NCBI GenBank assembly: GCA_030615855.1
Contig: JAUWYL010000004.1
Location: forward strand, 1-59,100
Reading direction: 5' to 3'
From: a bacterium
Lineage (GTDB): Bacteria; UBP18; UBA7526
Length of the DNA stretch: 59,100 nucleotides
Positions 26,650 through 36,703 of this stretch are shown here, piece after piece. Each line of letters opens with the position of its first letter. Positions within the stretch are counted from its first letter, which is position 1. The translations under genes were made by a program, and so were the position numbers. Under the pieces are notes generated by a model. The model saw only the letters and a list, made by a program, of their open reading frames with translations, had not been told where the DNA came from and did not search any database.

Positions 26650-29600
26650 TTATTCTTTTGCTTTCATTCGCGATGATTTGCGTCTCTGTCTCTCGATCTC
26701 CTCCTGGGCAAACTTAACCGAGACCAGCTTCGATACCCCGGATTCCTCCATGGTCACTCCATACATGGTATCCGAGGCCTCGATGGTTCCCCGATTGTGA
26801 GTAACGATAATGAACTGTGACTTTTTGGCAAATTCTACCAACACCCGGGTAAATCTACTGATGTTCGCTTCATCCAGGGCGGCGTCGATCTCATCTAGGA
26901 CACAGAAGGGAGAGGGCTTGACCATGAAGATACCAAATAATAGAGCGATGGCCGTCAGGGCCTTCTCCCCTCCAGATAAGAGGGAAATACTTTTCAAAGT
27001 CCTTCCTGGCGGTCGAGCCTTGATCTCTATTCCTGATTCTAAGATATTCCGCTCATCCAATAGGACTAGGTCCGCCTTCCCTCCTTCGAATAGTCTAGTG
27101 AATACCATATTGAAATTCTCTCGTATTTGTTCAAAGGTTTTGGAGAAGAGGCTTCTCGTTGTCTTATTGATCTTAGCAATGGCCTCTTTAAGAGAAGTGG
27201 CGGCTTCTTCCAGGTCCTTCTTCTGGCCAGTCAAGAAGTTATACCTCTCCTCAAGTTCCTTATGCTCCTCCATGGCCACTAAGTTCACCGGTCCCATGGC
27301 CTCCATCTTCTCTTTCAACTCTCTTATCCTTACTCTATAGCCTTCCCTATCTTCTATCTCCTGTATCTGATAATCCCTTTCAATCTCTTCTAGGGAAACC
27401 CCATAATCCTCTCTCACTCTGCGAGAAAGGTTCTCCAATTCGAGGTTGAGCTCCCGGCCCTGGAAAGTTAATTCATTAAACTGACCCTGAAATCTTTCGC
27501 CTAAGGTCCTGACCTCTCTCAATTCCTCCTCTCCTTTAGATACTTCGCCAGCAATTTCTTCCTTTTTCTTTTTTAGGTCTTCAAGTTCTTTTTCTGCCTC
27601 TTCGCTTTCTCTCGATAATTCCTTCTGCCTATCTTCCTCTTTGGCGATTAAATCTCCAATCTCTTCCTTTCTCGTTCCTCCCTCATCGACCTCTTCTTGG
27701 CGGGCCTTGATCGACTGGACGAGGTCGTTTAAATTCTCCCTCATGCGCCCCAGACTTTCTCGAAATCCAGTCTCCTTCTCTACCAAGGAAGCGATAGAGA
27801 TCTTAAGTGCCGTCACCTCACTACTATTTTTACTAATCTCTTTTTCCCTTTCCCCAATCTCTTCCTTTAACTTAGCCGTCCTCTCCTGGGTCCCAATCTC
27901 CTTCTCCTTGAGATTTTCTAACTGGGCCTCCAGTTCTTCCCTCTTCTTGGTTAGTTCCTCCCCCTCTTTATCCAGTTCCTCGGCTTCTGTCTTTAAGAGC
28001 GAGAGGTCTTTCTTTATCCTCTCTCCTTGAGAGTTGATGCTTGCTAAGTCCCTTTCCTTAAAATTTATCTCCAGTTCCTCTTTCTTGATATCGGAATCGA
28101 TGTTTGCCACTCTTTTTCCAATCTCGAGCAACCTCTTCTCTAGATTAGCCCTATCCTTCTCTAACTTCTTAAGGTTCTCGTTCAGGGCCTTGAGCTCTCT
28201 GGCGAGTCCTTCTTTCTCCCTCTCTTTCCCCAGCAAGCGCCTCAGAGAACCACCAGTAATTTCCCCCTGAGGAGTAACTATCTCTCCTTCGAGGGTAACT
28301 ACTCTGATATCTCCCCTTGCCTGCCTGCTGATTTCAAAGGCCGCCTTAAGGTCTTCTACCACCAAGGCATTTCCTAAGAGATACTCTATAATCGGCTGAT
28401 ATCTTGCTTCATACTTGACGAGGCCAGAAGCAAGGCCAATGGCTCCCTTCTCCTTTATCAGAGAAGAGGGATTCAATCTTCTACCTGGCTTAATGGCCTT
28501 TAAGGGAAGGAAGGAGGCCCTTCCCAGACTCCTGGCTTTCAGATACTCCACGGCCTCTTGGGCGGCCTTCACATCCCGGATAACAATATCCTGTATCCTC
28601 TCCCCCAAGGCAGCTTCGATGGCCTTCTCATATTCTGGGGAGGTCTGGATTAGATCTATTACCACTCCCTCGATGCCCGATAGTCTATCCCGGGCAAGGA
28701 GAACCTCTCTCACTCCGCCATAGTAACCTCCAAGCCCTTCTTGTAGGAATTCTAAATGGGAGGTCTTCTTCGTTATCTGGGCCTTCAATCCATCGATCTT
28801 TTCCTCTAGGGCGTGAAGCCCTTCTCCATCTCTCTTCTCCTCTTCTAAGAGACTCTTCTTCTCCTCCTCGAGCCCAGAGATTCTTTTCCTGTGGTCTTGG
28901 ATGCTCTTCTTTATCTCCCTCGTTTTTCCCCCAACATCCTTCGATTCCTTCTCAACCCTCGTCTTCTCAGTTAAAAGTCTCTCCTTCCTGATATCAACAT
29001 TCCTCTGCCCGGTCTCTAGATATCTCAGGTCATTTCTGGTGCTGGCTGTTTTGGAGAGGGTCTCGATGATTTCATTCTTCAGGATCTCCAAGGCCTCTAT
29101 AGCCTTTTCTAACTCCTCATTAAGTCCTTTAAAGGATTGCTCTTTCTCCTTTGCTTTCGCAGTTTCTTCTTCAATCTGGGTGGCAAGGGTTTTTAATTCC
29201 TCTTCCCTTCTCCCTATCGCTTGCTCTAAACCCTTTTCTTTTTCCTTAAAGGCCTCTATCTCCTTTCTTCTTCTTGCCTTCTCTCCTTCAACTCCTTCTT
29301 CCCTTTCCTGATAGGTAGCAATCCTGTCCTTCGACCTCTCAATATCGCTTGCTATTTTGAATACCTTCTGGTGGATTTCGTAGAGGTTTCTCTCTATCTC
29401 CCTTGCTCCTTTCTCGATCTCTTTTGAGGCCTTCTCCTTTTCTTCTATCCTCTTTCCTAAGGATTCCCTCGAATCCTCTAACTTAGTAGTCTCCTCCAAA
29501 GAGGTTTCCTTTCTCTTCTTCAATTCCCGAAATTTAATTATCCCAAGGTTTAGGTCCAGATCCTTTAATTCATCCTTTAACTTCTGATACCTCTCTGCTT

Positions 29601-30231
29601 TACCCACCTGTCTCTTGAGAGAATTGATCTGGCGCCTCACCTCTCCAATAACATCCTCTAAGCGCAGGAGGTTCTCCTGAGTGGCCTCTAACTTCCTGAG
29701 GGTCTCTTCTCTCCGGTGCTTATACTTTGAGATCCCGGCCGCTTCCTCAAACAAAAATCTCCTATCCTCTGGCTTGGAAGATAGGATGAGTTCAATCTTC
29801 CCCTGCTCGATCAGGGAGTAGGTGCTGGAGCCCAAGCCAGTATCCATAAAGAGTTCCTGGATATCCTTGAGCCTCACTGGTGCCTTGTTGATATAGTATT
29901 CACTCTCCCCACTCTGAAAGAGCCTTCTGGTGATGGTGACCTCAGTAAACTCAATGGGGAGTTTCTTATCCTCATTGGTCACTGTTAGGGAGACCTCTGC
30001 CATACCCAGGGGCTTCCGGGCTTCGGAACCAGAGAATATGATATCCTCCATCTTACTCAAGCGCAGGGCAGTTGGCCGCTGCTCACCTAAGGTCCACCTG
30101 ATGGCATCCGAGATATTCGACTTTCCACACCCATTGGGACCCACGATGGCGGTGAGGCCAGGTTCGAACTCTAACTTGGTCTCATCAGCAAAGGACTTAA
30201 ACCCCTGCATGACCAGATTCTTGAAGTACAT
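26650..30231 (-). CDS. smc: chromosome segregation protein SMC
   Basis: GFKSF, GPNGCGKSN, coiled coils with hinge, LSGGEK, LDEID. Confidence 0.97.
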   Translation of the reverse strand: MYFKNLVMQGFKSFADETKLEFEPGLTAIVGPNGCGKSNISDAIRWTLGEQRPTALRLSKMEDIIFSGSEARKPLGMAEVSLTVTNEDKKLPIEFTEVTITRRLFQSGESEYYINKAPVRLKDIQELFMDTGLGSSTYSLIEQGKIELILSSKPEDRRFLFEEAAGISKYKHRREETLRKLEATQENLLRLEDVIGEVRRQINSLKRQVGKAERYQKLKDELKDLDLNLGIIKFRELKKRKETSLEETTKLEDSRESLGKRIEEKEKASKEIEKGAREIERNLYEIHQKVFKIASDIERSKDRIATYQEREEGVEGEKARRRKEIEAFKEKEKGLEQAIGRREEELKTLATQIEEETAKAKEKEQSFKGLNEELEKAIEALEILKNEIIETLSKTASTRNDLRYLETGQRNVDIRKERLLTEKTRVEKESKDVGGKTREIKKSIQDHRKRISGLEEEKKSLLEEEKRDGEGLHALEEKIDGLKAQITKKTSHLEFLQEGLGGYYGGVREVLLARDRLSGIEGVVIDLIQTSPEYEKAIEAALGERIQDIVIRDVKAAQEAVEYLKARSLGRASFLPLKAIKPGRRLNPSSLIKEKGAIGLASGLVKYEARYQPIIEYLLGNALVVEDLKAAFEISRQARGDIRVVTLEGEIVTPQGEITGGSLRRLLGKEREKEGLARELKALNENLKKLEKDRANLEKRLLEIGKRVANIDSDIKKEELEINFKERDLASINSQGERIKKDLSLLKTEAEELDKEGEELTKKREELEAQLENLKEKEIGTQERTAKLKEEIGEREKEISKNSSEVTALKISIASLVEKETGFRESLGRMRENLNDLVQSIKARQEEVDEGGTRKEEIGDLIAKEEDRQKELSRESEEAEKELEDLKKKKEEIAGEVSKGEEELREVRTLGERFQGQFNELTFQGRELNLELENLSRRVREDYGVSLEEIERDYQIQEIEDREGYRVRIRELKEKMEAMGPVNLVAMEEHKELEERYNFLTGQKKDLEEAATSLKEAIAKINKTTRSLFSKTFEQIRENFNMVFTRLFEGGKADLVLLDERNILESGIEIKARPPGRTLKSISLLSGGEKALTAIALLFGIFMVKPSPFCVLDEIDAALDEANISRFTRVLVEFAKKSQFIIVTHNRGTIEASDTMYGVTMEESGVSKLVSVKFAQEEIERQRRKSSRMKAKE

Positions 30232-30242
30232 TCTTCTCTCCG

Positions 30243-30312
30243 GAATATCAGAGTATCAGGATACCAGGTTATCAGGAACTTCCCGATAACCTGATTACCC
30301 GATCACCTGATT
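30243..30312. repeat. inverted 8-bp array (TATCAGG / CCTGAT) in the smc leader
   Basis: read directly. Confidence 0.75.
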
Positions 30313-30313
30313 C

Positions 30314-30342
30314 AATATATCACATTTTCGTCTAAAAAGCAA
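30314..30342 (-). promoter_or_regulatory. putative smc promoter
   Basis: TTGCTT-17 bp-TATATT with TG. Confidence 0.45.
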
Positions 30343-30399
30343 CAAAAAATGCCCTTCTCCCGATTGTATTCAGGATTCCTGGGCACTTTTCAAAATATA

Positions 30400-30449
30400 C
30401 CCCGCACCTTTTGCTATTCAATTCCTTCTCTTTACTTAAAGGTGCGGGG
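30400..30449. mobile_element. 50-bp CCCCGCACCTTT...AAAGGTGCGGGG element supplying the stop codon of the CPBP-like paralogue
   Basis: 12-bp terminal inverted repeats; flanks TATA/TTCA are not an exact duplication. Confidence 0.7.
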
Positions 30450-32129
30450 TTCAGTGCTTCTCAGTCTCTTTCTAAGATAGGCAGCGAGTAATAGAATGAG
30501 AGGTAAGACGGCTAAAACAAGTATGATTACCCCATGGATTATGAAATAAGGATGTTTGAAAGTAACCAGATACCAGCCGTTTGATAATAGAAGGATAAAG
30601 TAAATAGAAAAGAGATAGCAGAGGATATTGAAGCGGAAGTAATGAACAATGAAGAGGATCGTTACTCCCAAACCTAAGAGAGAAAGGCCACTCCTTATCA
30701 TTCCTTCAGAAAAGCTCTTTGCCTCACTAGCAGCTCCTAGAAGAGAAAGAAGAATGAAGGTTAAAATAACCCACCTCCATCTTTTCAAGAACTTCTTGAG
30801 TAAGAGAATGAAGAGAAGGAAGGCTGCTCCTCCCCATAGGGCGGCTCCCCAGGCCTTTCCCCAGGAAGCGAGAGAAGGGATGAAGGTCTGGAGAATACCC
30901 GTGGGAAGTTGGGAATGGGCCCTTAATGAAGAAGTGAGATATCTTTGGGTTATCCAGCCAATTGGAAGGGAATAGATCCCCAAAGCTCCAAATATCAAAT
31001 ATCCTACCAGGCAGCCATCGATATACTCTCGAGATAGCCAGTTGCTGGGCTTTAATTTTTTGAACCAAGTAGTGAGCGGCTCTATTTTAGGAAAGACCTC
31101 TCTCCACAGGGATTCTACAACAGAGAGTAGAACGCAAGAGAAAAGGAACCCAGATACAATACCAGTTAAATTCCATATGATTCGCCGGGTAACGAATACC
31201 GGTAAATCCTTCGCTGTCGAGTAATGAGAGAAGAAAGTGGGTAGGCCGTTTAGTAGACCTATTATCTTCCAAGCAGCCAATATTCCAGCTAAGATTAAGA
31301 CCAATCTCCATCTGATATCCCTTCTCGTAAACTTTATGAAAAATAAAACAATTGCAGTAATCGCTAAGGTGATAAAAAAGAGGACCATTAGTCCACCGAT
31401 GATCGCCTTCCTAATGCCTGCTTTTCTCTCTTCCCTGATAAACTCCTCTGGAGTCTTGAAGAAGTAGTGATAACCGAATAATCTGTCTCCTTTTACCCTC
31501 AGTTTTAATCTAAATCTTCCCTCCCCTATCTCGGGCTCCTCCTTCTCATAAAGGAAGATATGGTCTCTTCTATTCTTCTGCTTCTCAGAATCGGTCTTAA
31601 TCAACCTAAATTCTGATAGATCAAATCTCCCTTCTTCCTTAGTGGATTTCTCTGCGATTGCTCTCGCTACCTTGGGAGAGAGGTTAGCACCCGGGGCATC
31701 CTCTTCTATGGGGTGCCAGAGACCACAGACCCTTCCTTCAGGGTCGATCCAGACATTTATCTCTTCCTTCTCTAATGGCCTATACCACCTCGCTCTCCAT
31801 CTCCAGAAGGGAAGTTGCTCAGTGAATATCTGGTTGGTCTTCTTCATCCCCACCTGGCGAAGAACATAGGTTTCTGCCCAGACTCCGGCTCCCCGAGTGG
31901 TAAAGTAGGTTACAGAGCGATAATCCTCCAAGGAAAGGCCCAAGCCCTCTAAGTATTCTTTAGAGACTTTTTTTGCCTGATAACGAGTAGTGGCCAGATG
32001 AAGGGTCTCACCAAAATCCTGAACCTCGGGAAGGATAGCGAAGAAGGAGAGAAGGTATAGAGTTATTCCTATAACTGCCAGTCCAACCAGGATTAGTATA
32101 TTCCTTCTCGACAGGGGCTTATATTTCAT
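30432..32129 (-). CDS. membrane protein, paralogue of the adjacent CPBP protease lacking its catalytic motifs
   Basis: shares W.WRARW..PL.KEE...DP.GRV and EDA.GANLS; no EExxxR / H / HxxxN. Confidence 0.75.
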   Translation of the reverse strand: MKYKPLSRRNILILVGLAVIGITLYLLSFFAILPEVQDFGETLHLATTRYQAKKVSKEYLEGLGLSLEDYRSVTYFTTRGAGVWAETYVLRQVGMKKTNQIFTEQLPFWRWRARWYRPLEKEEINVWIDPEGRVCGLWHPIEEDAPGANLSPKVARAIAEKSTKEEGRFDLSEFRLIKTDSEKQKNRRDHIFLYEKEEPEIGEGRFRLKLRVKGDRLFGYHYFFKTPEEFIREERKAGIRKAIIGGLMVLFFITLAITAIVLFFIKFTRRDIRWRLVLILAGILAAWKIIGLLNGLPTFFSHYSTAKDLPVFVTRRIIWNLTGIVSGFLFSCVLLSVVESLWREVFPKIEPLTTWFKKLKPSNWLSREYIDGCLVGYLIFGALGIYSLPIGWITQRYLTSSLRAHSQLPTGILQTFIPSLASWGKAWGAALWGGAAFLLFILLLKKFLKRWRWVILTFILLSLLGAASEAKSFSEGMIRSGLSLLGLGVTILFIVHYFRFNILCYLFSIYFILLLSNGWYLVTFKHPYFIIHGVIILVLAVLPLILLLAAYLRKRLRSTEPRTFK

Positions 32130-33739
32130 TTCTTCCTCCTTAACAACCTAATGACAACGGGGATGATGGGTAGAAGGGCTAATCCTACCACTACCAGGCC
32201 AGAGATAAAGAAGTAGGGGCTCTTGGAGCGCAAGAGGGGTAGACTCACTATCAGGGCATTTATAACATAATGGGCAATGAGGACAGAGAATAATCCAAAC
32301 CTCAAGAAGACTATCCCAAAGATGATCCCGGCAATGGTTAATTCCAATCCTCTGATGTAGATGGGCTCCACAGCGTAGAGACAATGCAAGAAACCCCAGA
32401 TGATGGCGGGAATAATTACTGCTAGATAGATTTTCTTTAAATATTTCTTTAAAAAGGAGATGGCAAAGAGGCGAAAGAAGAACTCTTCATCTACTGCTGC
32501 CATGACTCCTACAGTTAGAGGATAGATCCAGGGAAGGGCGGTGGAGATGATATTATCATAGGGGCTGTGGGCTGGAGCCCAGGCACCCAGGTATCTCTTA
32601 CCAAAGAGGTAGAATACCACTAAATAGCCCAAGAAGGCAAAACCAATAGAATAACCAACTAAGGAGGCTTTGGTAAATTCAGGAGATAGTATATTCCTCC
32701 ATCTAAAGCTCTTAATCAAGGGGGTCTTTTGGGGGAAGACCTCACGATATAGGGATTCACCGCTGGAACCGATAAACCAGAGGTAGAGACCACCCAGGCC
32801 GGTGATGATAAGAGCACTAAAAATCCATTTAATGATCTCATTCGATAAGGTCACTTTAGTAGAGAAGTACGATCTTACTAAAGAGAGAGAATTGATCTGA
32901 GCGGTCAGGATCAGGAATGCTGCCAGAGAGGCCAAGACCAGGGCCCATCTCCATCTTATATCATTTGCCCTGAGTTTGAACATAAAGACCAGGATTAATC
33001 CAATGAATAATAGTCCCTGAAGAGACCCGGCGATCTGAGAGAGAAGGCCAGCCCGGGAACGTGTTTTCCTATAATCCCTCCTAAACTTCTCAGGAACCTT
33101 CAGGTATTCTGTGAAGGAATCTACTCTATTCCCCTGGACACTTACTGTTAAGCGATAGGTGGCATCCCCTATCTTAAAATCCTTTCTCTTCCAGTTAAAG
33201 TAATGGTCTGTTCGGTTCTTCCTCTTCTCCTTTGAGACTTCTACAAGTTCATATTCTGCGAGATTAAAGTCTTTCTCTTCAGTCAGGAATATTCGGGCAA
33301 GTTTCAGAGCCTGAGGTTTTGAAAGATTCGCCCCCTTAGCGTCTTCTAAGAGAAGATGGCTATATCTAACCACTCTCCCCCCAGGATCAAGGCAAACCCT
33401 AAACTCCTCCTTCTGCAGGGGCTTGAACCATCTCGCCCTCCAGTACCAGACGCTCACCTCTTTTCTCATCAACCTATTGGCCTCTTTTAATCCAATGGTC
33501 TTCTCCATATAGATCTGGGCATAGTAGTCGTGAGAGAAGATGATGGTTTCCTGATAGTCCTTCAGGTCAAATCCCCGGGAGGTTACAAACTTTCGAGCAT
33601 TTTCTAAGGCTTGTGGTCGAGATATTTTGAAGTCTAAAGAGGCGGTAGGAAAGACAGAATCGTAGAGAGCAATAAAGGCCCCCAACCCGGCCAATCCAAT
33701 TAAGATAATAACTGAGACAATTAAAATTTCTTTTTTCAT
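32126..33739 (-). CDS. CPBP (CAAX/Abi) family intramembrane protease with a large extracytoplasmic domain
   Basis: EEFFFR, WGFLH, HYVIN motifs; start uncertain (33739 or 33796). Confidence 0.85.
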   Translation of the reverse strand: MKKEILIVSVIILIGLAGLGAFIALYDSVFPTASLDFKISRPQALENARKFVTSRGFDLKDYQETIIFSHDYYAQIYMEKTIGLKEANRLMRKEVSVWYWRARWFKPLQKEEFRVCLDPGGRVVRYSHLLLEDAKGANLSKPQALKLARIFLTEEKDFNLAEYELVEVSKEKRKNRTDHYFNWKRKDFKIGDATYRLTVSVQGNRVDSFTEYLKVPEKFRRDYRKTRSRAGLLSQIAGSLQGLLFIGLILVFMFKLRANDIRWRWALVLASLAAFLILTAQINSLSLVRSYFSTKVTLSNEIIKWIFSALIITGLGGLYLWFIGSSGESLYREVFPQKTPLIKSFRWRNILSPEFTKASLVGYSIGFAFLGYLVVFYLFGKRYLGAWAPAHSPYDNIISTALPWIYPLTVGVMAAVDEEFFFRLFAISFLKKYLKKIYLAVIIPAIIWGFLHCLYAVEPIYIRGLELTIAGIIFGIVFLRFGLFSVLIAHYVINALIVSLPLLRSKSPYFFISGLVVVGLALLPIIPVVIRLLRRKK

Positions 33740-33785
33740 AAAAAATGCCTTTCTAAGCAATGGATCTTTATTCTTCCTTTTAAAT

Positions 33786-34982
33786 TTACCTGCCAAGGAC
33801 TTCTTTGAACTTCTTTATTAAGGCTGGCATTACCTCAAACAGGTCTCCCACAATGCCATAGGTGGCGACATTGAATATTGGTGCCTCAGGGTCCTTATTG
33901 ATGACCACGATGATATCTGAGGACTGCATGCCAGCCAGGTGCTGAATCTGGCCCGATATTCCGCAGGCGATGTAGATTTTGGGGCAGACCGTCTTTCCCG
34001 TCTGGCCCACCTGATGGGCATAGGGAATCCATCCGGCATCGACCGTGGCCCTTGAGGCCCCCACCGCTCCTCCCAAGGTCTTGGCCAGTTCTTCAATGAT
34101 TTTGAAATTCTCCGGTGCTCCCAATCCCCTTCCTCCAGAGACGATGATGTCCGCCTCCTCCAAGAGAACCGTCTCCTCCATCCTCTCCACCATCTTGATT
34201 ACCTCTGTCCTCAGGGGGATTCTCTTGGGATCGACTTCTATTCTAATTATCTCTCCACCCTTTCTATTCTCATCAAAAGGGGCCTCCTTCATCACCTTAT
34301 GCCTTACGGTAGCCATCTGGGGCCGGTGGTTGGGGCAGATGATGGTGGCCATGATGTTCCCCCCAAAGGCGGGCCTGGTCTGGAGTAAGATATTCTTCTC
34401 CTTGTCGATGTCCAATCCAGTGCAGTCTGCGGTAAGTCCGGTCTCTAAACGAGTGGCTACCTTAGGAATGAGAGATCTTCCGATGGAGGTTGCTCCGGCC
34501 AAGATGATCTCTGGCTTATATTCACTGACCAGATCAACTAGAACATCGGCATAGGAGTCATCTCTGAAGTCCTTCAGTTTCTCATGGTCCACAAGATAGA
34601 CCTTATCTGCTCCATGGCTAATAAGTTCCTGGGCTTCTTTATTTATCTTTTCTCCCAGTAAAACAGCAGAGAGTTCCACCTTTAACTGATCAGCGAGTTT
34701 CCTTCCTTTGCCCAGGAGCTCATAGACTACGCTCTGTATCCTTCCATTCCTTTGCTCAGCGAAGACCCACACTCCCTTATATTTATCGAGGCCAGCCATT
34801 TTAACTTCTTTCTTGGTAAGTTCTATGGCCTTAAAGGGACAGGAGCCAACGCATGCTCCGCAGAGGGTGCAGTTATCTTTAATGATTGCTTTCTTATCAA
34901 TAACTTCTATGGCACCATAGGGGCAGCTGGGAATACATTTCTCACAGCCGGTGCACTTATCGGTTATCTTAATCTCGATCAT
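33786..34982 (-). CDS. etfA: electron transfer flavoprotein alpha with an N-terminal 2x[4Fe-4S] ferredoxin domain
   Basis: two CxxCxxCxxxCP motifs; QVGQTG, GISGQIQH; upstream MTDTTD extension is repeat-derived. Confidence 0.93.
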   Translation of the reverse strand: MIEIKITDKCTGCEKCIPSCPYGAIEVIDKKAIIKDNCTLCGACVGSCPFKAIELTKKEVKMAGLDKYKGVWVFAEQRNGRIQSVVYELLGKGRKLADQLKVELSAVLLGEKINKEAQELISHGADKVYLVDHEKLKDFRDDSYADVLVDLVSEYKPEIILAGATSIGRSLIPKVATRLETGLTADCTGLDIDKEKNILLQTRPAFGGNIMATIICPNHRPQMATVRHKVMKEAPFDENRKGGEIIRIEVDPKRIPLRTEVIKMVERMEETVLLEEADIIVSGGRGLGAPENFKIIEELAKTLGGAVGASRATVDAGWIPYAHQVGQTGKTVCPKIYIACGISGQIQHLAGMQSSDIIVVINKDPEAPIFNVATYGIVGDLFEVMPALIKKFKEVLGR

Positions 34983-34994
34983 GCTTTCACCATT

Positions 34995-35072
34995 ATCCGT
35001 CTGAGCCGTCGAATCCGTCGTATCCGTCATTAAATGGACGGACTGACGGACAGACGGACTGACGGAAAGACG
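34995..35072. repeat. inverted CCGTC / GACGG array; second copy at 57181-57249
   Basis: shared GCCGTCGAATCCGTCGT and GACGGACTGACGG.CAGACGGACTGA. Confidence 0.8.
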
Positions 35073-35078
35073 TAGGTT

Positions 35079-35864
35079 TTATACGATTTTTGTCTCCCTC
35101 AGCTTTTCTACTAACTTCGCTGCCTGCTCAGGAGGCGTTCCTTCTATTGTCTCCCCTTTTCCTCTCGGCTGAGGAGTAAATATCTTAATCACCTGAGTAG
35201 GTGAACCCTGTAATCCAATCCTATCCTCTTCGGCTTCTAAGTCTTTGGCACTCCAGGTAATTATTTGAGCATTCTTCGCTTTTAACTTGCCCTTTAAAGA
35301 AGGCATCCTCGGCTCATTAATCTCCTTCACCACAGTAATTAATGCTGGAAGAGGCATTCTGATTACCTCATATCCTTCCTCCATCAATCTCTCGACCTGG
35401 ACATAATCATCCTTAATCTCTTCAATCTTCTTTACATAGGTGACATGGGGGATATTCAGTTTCTCCGCGATCCCTGGTCCCACCTGGGCGGTATCCCCAT
35501 CCATGGCCTGTTTTCCGCAGATGATGAGATCGAACTTCCCTATCTTTTTAATCCCTTCAGCTAAGGTATAGGAGGTGGCTAAGGTATCCGCACCCGCAAA
35601 GGCCCTATCGGATAATAAGACCCCTTCATCCACTCCTAAGGATATGGCCTCCCTCAGAGCATCCTCTACCTGAGGAGGGCCCATGGATATCACGGTAACC
35701 TTCCCTTGATACTTCTCCTTTAGCCTCACCCCTTCCTCAATGGCATAGGTATCGAAGGGATTGATGATGGAAGGGACCCCCTCCCTTATCAGGGTATTTG
35801 TCTTAGGATCAATCTTGATGTCCGCAGTATCCGGTACCTGTTTGATACAGACAATGATTTCCAT
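35079..35864 (-). CDS. etfB: electron transfer flavoprotein beta
   Basis: KQVPD, NPFD, DRAFAGADTLATS, GKQA.DGDTAQVGP. Confidence 0.95.
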   Translation of the reverse strand: MEIIVCIKQVPDTADIKIDPKTNTLIREGVPSIINPFDTYAIEEGVRLKEKYQGKVTVISMGPPQVEDALREAISLGVDEGVLLSDRAFAGADTLATSYTLAEGIKKIGKFDLIICGKQAMDGDTAQVGPGIAEKLNIPHVTYVKKIEEIKDDYVQVERLMEEGYEVIRMPLPALITVVKEINEPRMPSLKGKLKAKNAQIITWSAKDLEAEEDRIGLQGSPTQVIKIFTPQPRGKGETIEGTPPEQAAKLVEKLRETKIV

Positions 35865-35932
35865 AAAATTTCCTCTAACACCTTTAGGCTTTATATCATT
35901 CGCTCATTCGTGCGAATGTTTCCAAGATTAGA

Positions 35933-36703
35933 TTAGGGTGTTGTCTCTATTATTTGGCCTTTGCAGTTTCTTATGCCCCCGATAAGGAATACAATATAAA
36001 CGGCGATGTATAACAATCCAAAGAGAGGGATTTTGAGGCCGGCGAGATTAAAGATGGTGGCCAGTAGGACGGGTGGGGTAAGGGCAAAGAGTGAGATATT
36101 GAAAAGGTTTTCATACTTCAGGTTCGCTTTAATGGCAGTATTTATTATTAAAGCGATGAGACTAAATAATAATATATGGATTAGTTTGGCAACTATGAAA
36201 TAAGGAAAGAGGCTTACAAGTAGAATAGGGAAGGCGAAGCGAGAGAAAGTCTTCTTCCATCTCTCCATTGCCTCCTTATTCACGGTAAAGGACTTTATCT
36301 TTGAGAGGTCATACTCTCTGGTCTCAATCTCACTCTGCCTATGGATTAATTTATTCTTGGTAAGGAGAATCCCCTGCTTGTAAGAAGGATCTACGGTGGT
36401 TATCTTTCCTGTGGTATCAATAATGAATATAAAATACTTCTCTTCGATGGTGAAGGGCTCCTGAGCATCTGTGGAGACTATTCCATTCTCTATTCTTATC
36501 TCTGGTAATCTATCCCCTAACTCCTTACTCACCTCATCCATTCCCTGAATTAGGGTGGTGCTAAATTTCATAGAGAGAATGAGGGTAATAAGAAAGATGA
36601 AGAGAAAGAAGTAGCCAATACTCTTTGATACCTTCTGAAAGGCAACCTCCTTATAGAACCTAAAGTTTGTTGTACTCCTCCAGAGGTTGATGAAGAACTT
36701 CAT
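35933..36703 (-). CDS. DUF1189-like membrane protein
   Basis: TM, then LPEIRIENG / IIDTTG domain, then 3 TM with ALTP. Confidence 0.65.
   Translation of the reverse strand: MKFFINLWRSTTNFRFYKEVAFQKVSKSIGYFFLFIFLITLILSMKFSTTLIQGMDEVSKELGDRLPEIRIENGIVSTDAQEPFTIEEKYFIFIIDTTGKITTVDPSYKQGILLTKNKLIHRQSEIETREYDLSKIKSFTVNKEAMERWKKTFSRFAFPILLVSLFPYFIVAKLIHILLFSLIALIINTAIKANLKYENLFNISLFALTPPVLLATIFNLAGLKIPLFGLLYIAVYIVFLIGGIRNCKGQIIETTP

Noticed and set aside
26276-26800. 174-aa plus-strand ORF
   Set aside because: Antisense to the FMN riboswitch, promoter and smc end; no protein features.
34983-35030. N-terminal extension MTDTTDSTAQTD of EtfA (likewise those of RecG, RibD and SpoIID)
   Set aside because: Derived from or adjacent to repeat arrays; downstream ATGs match family starts better.
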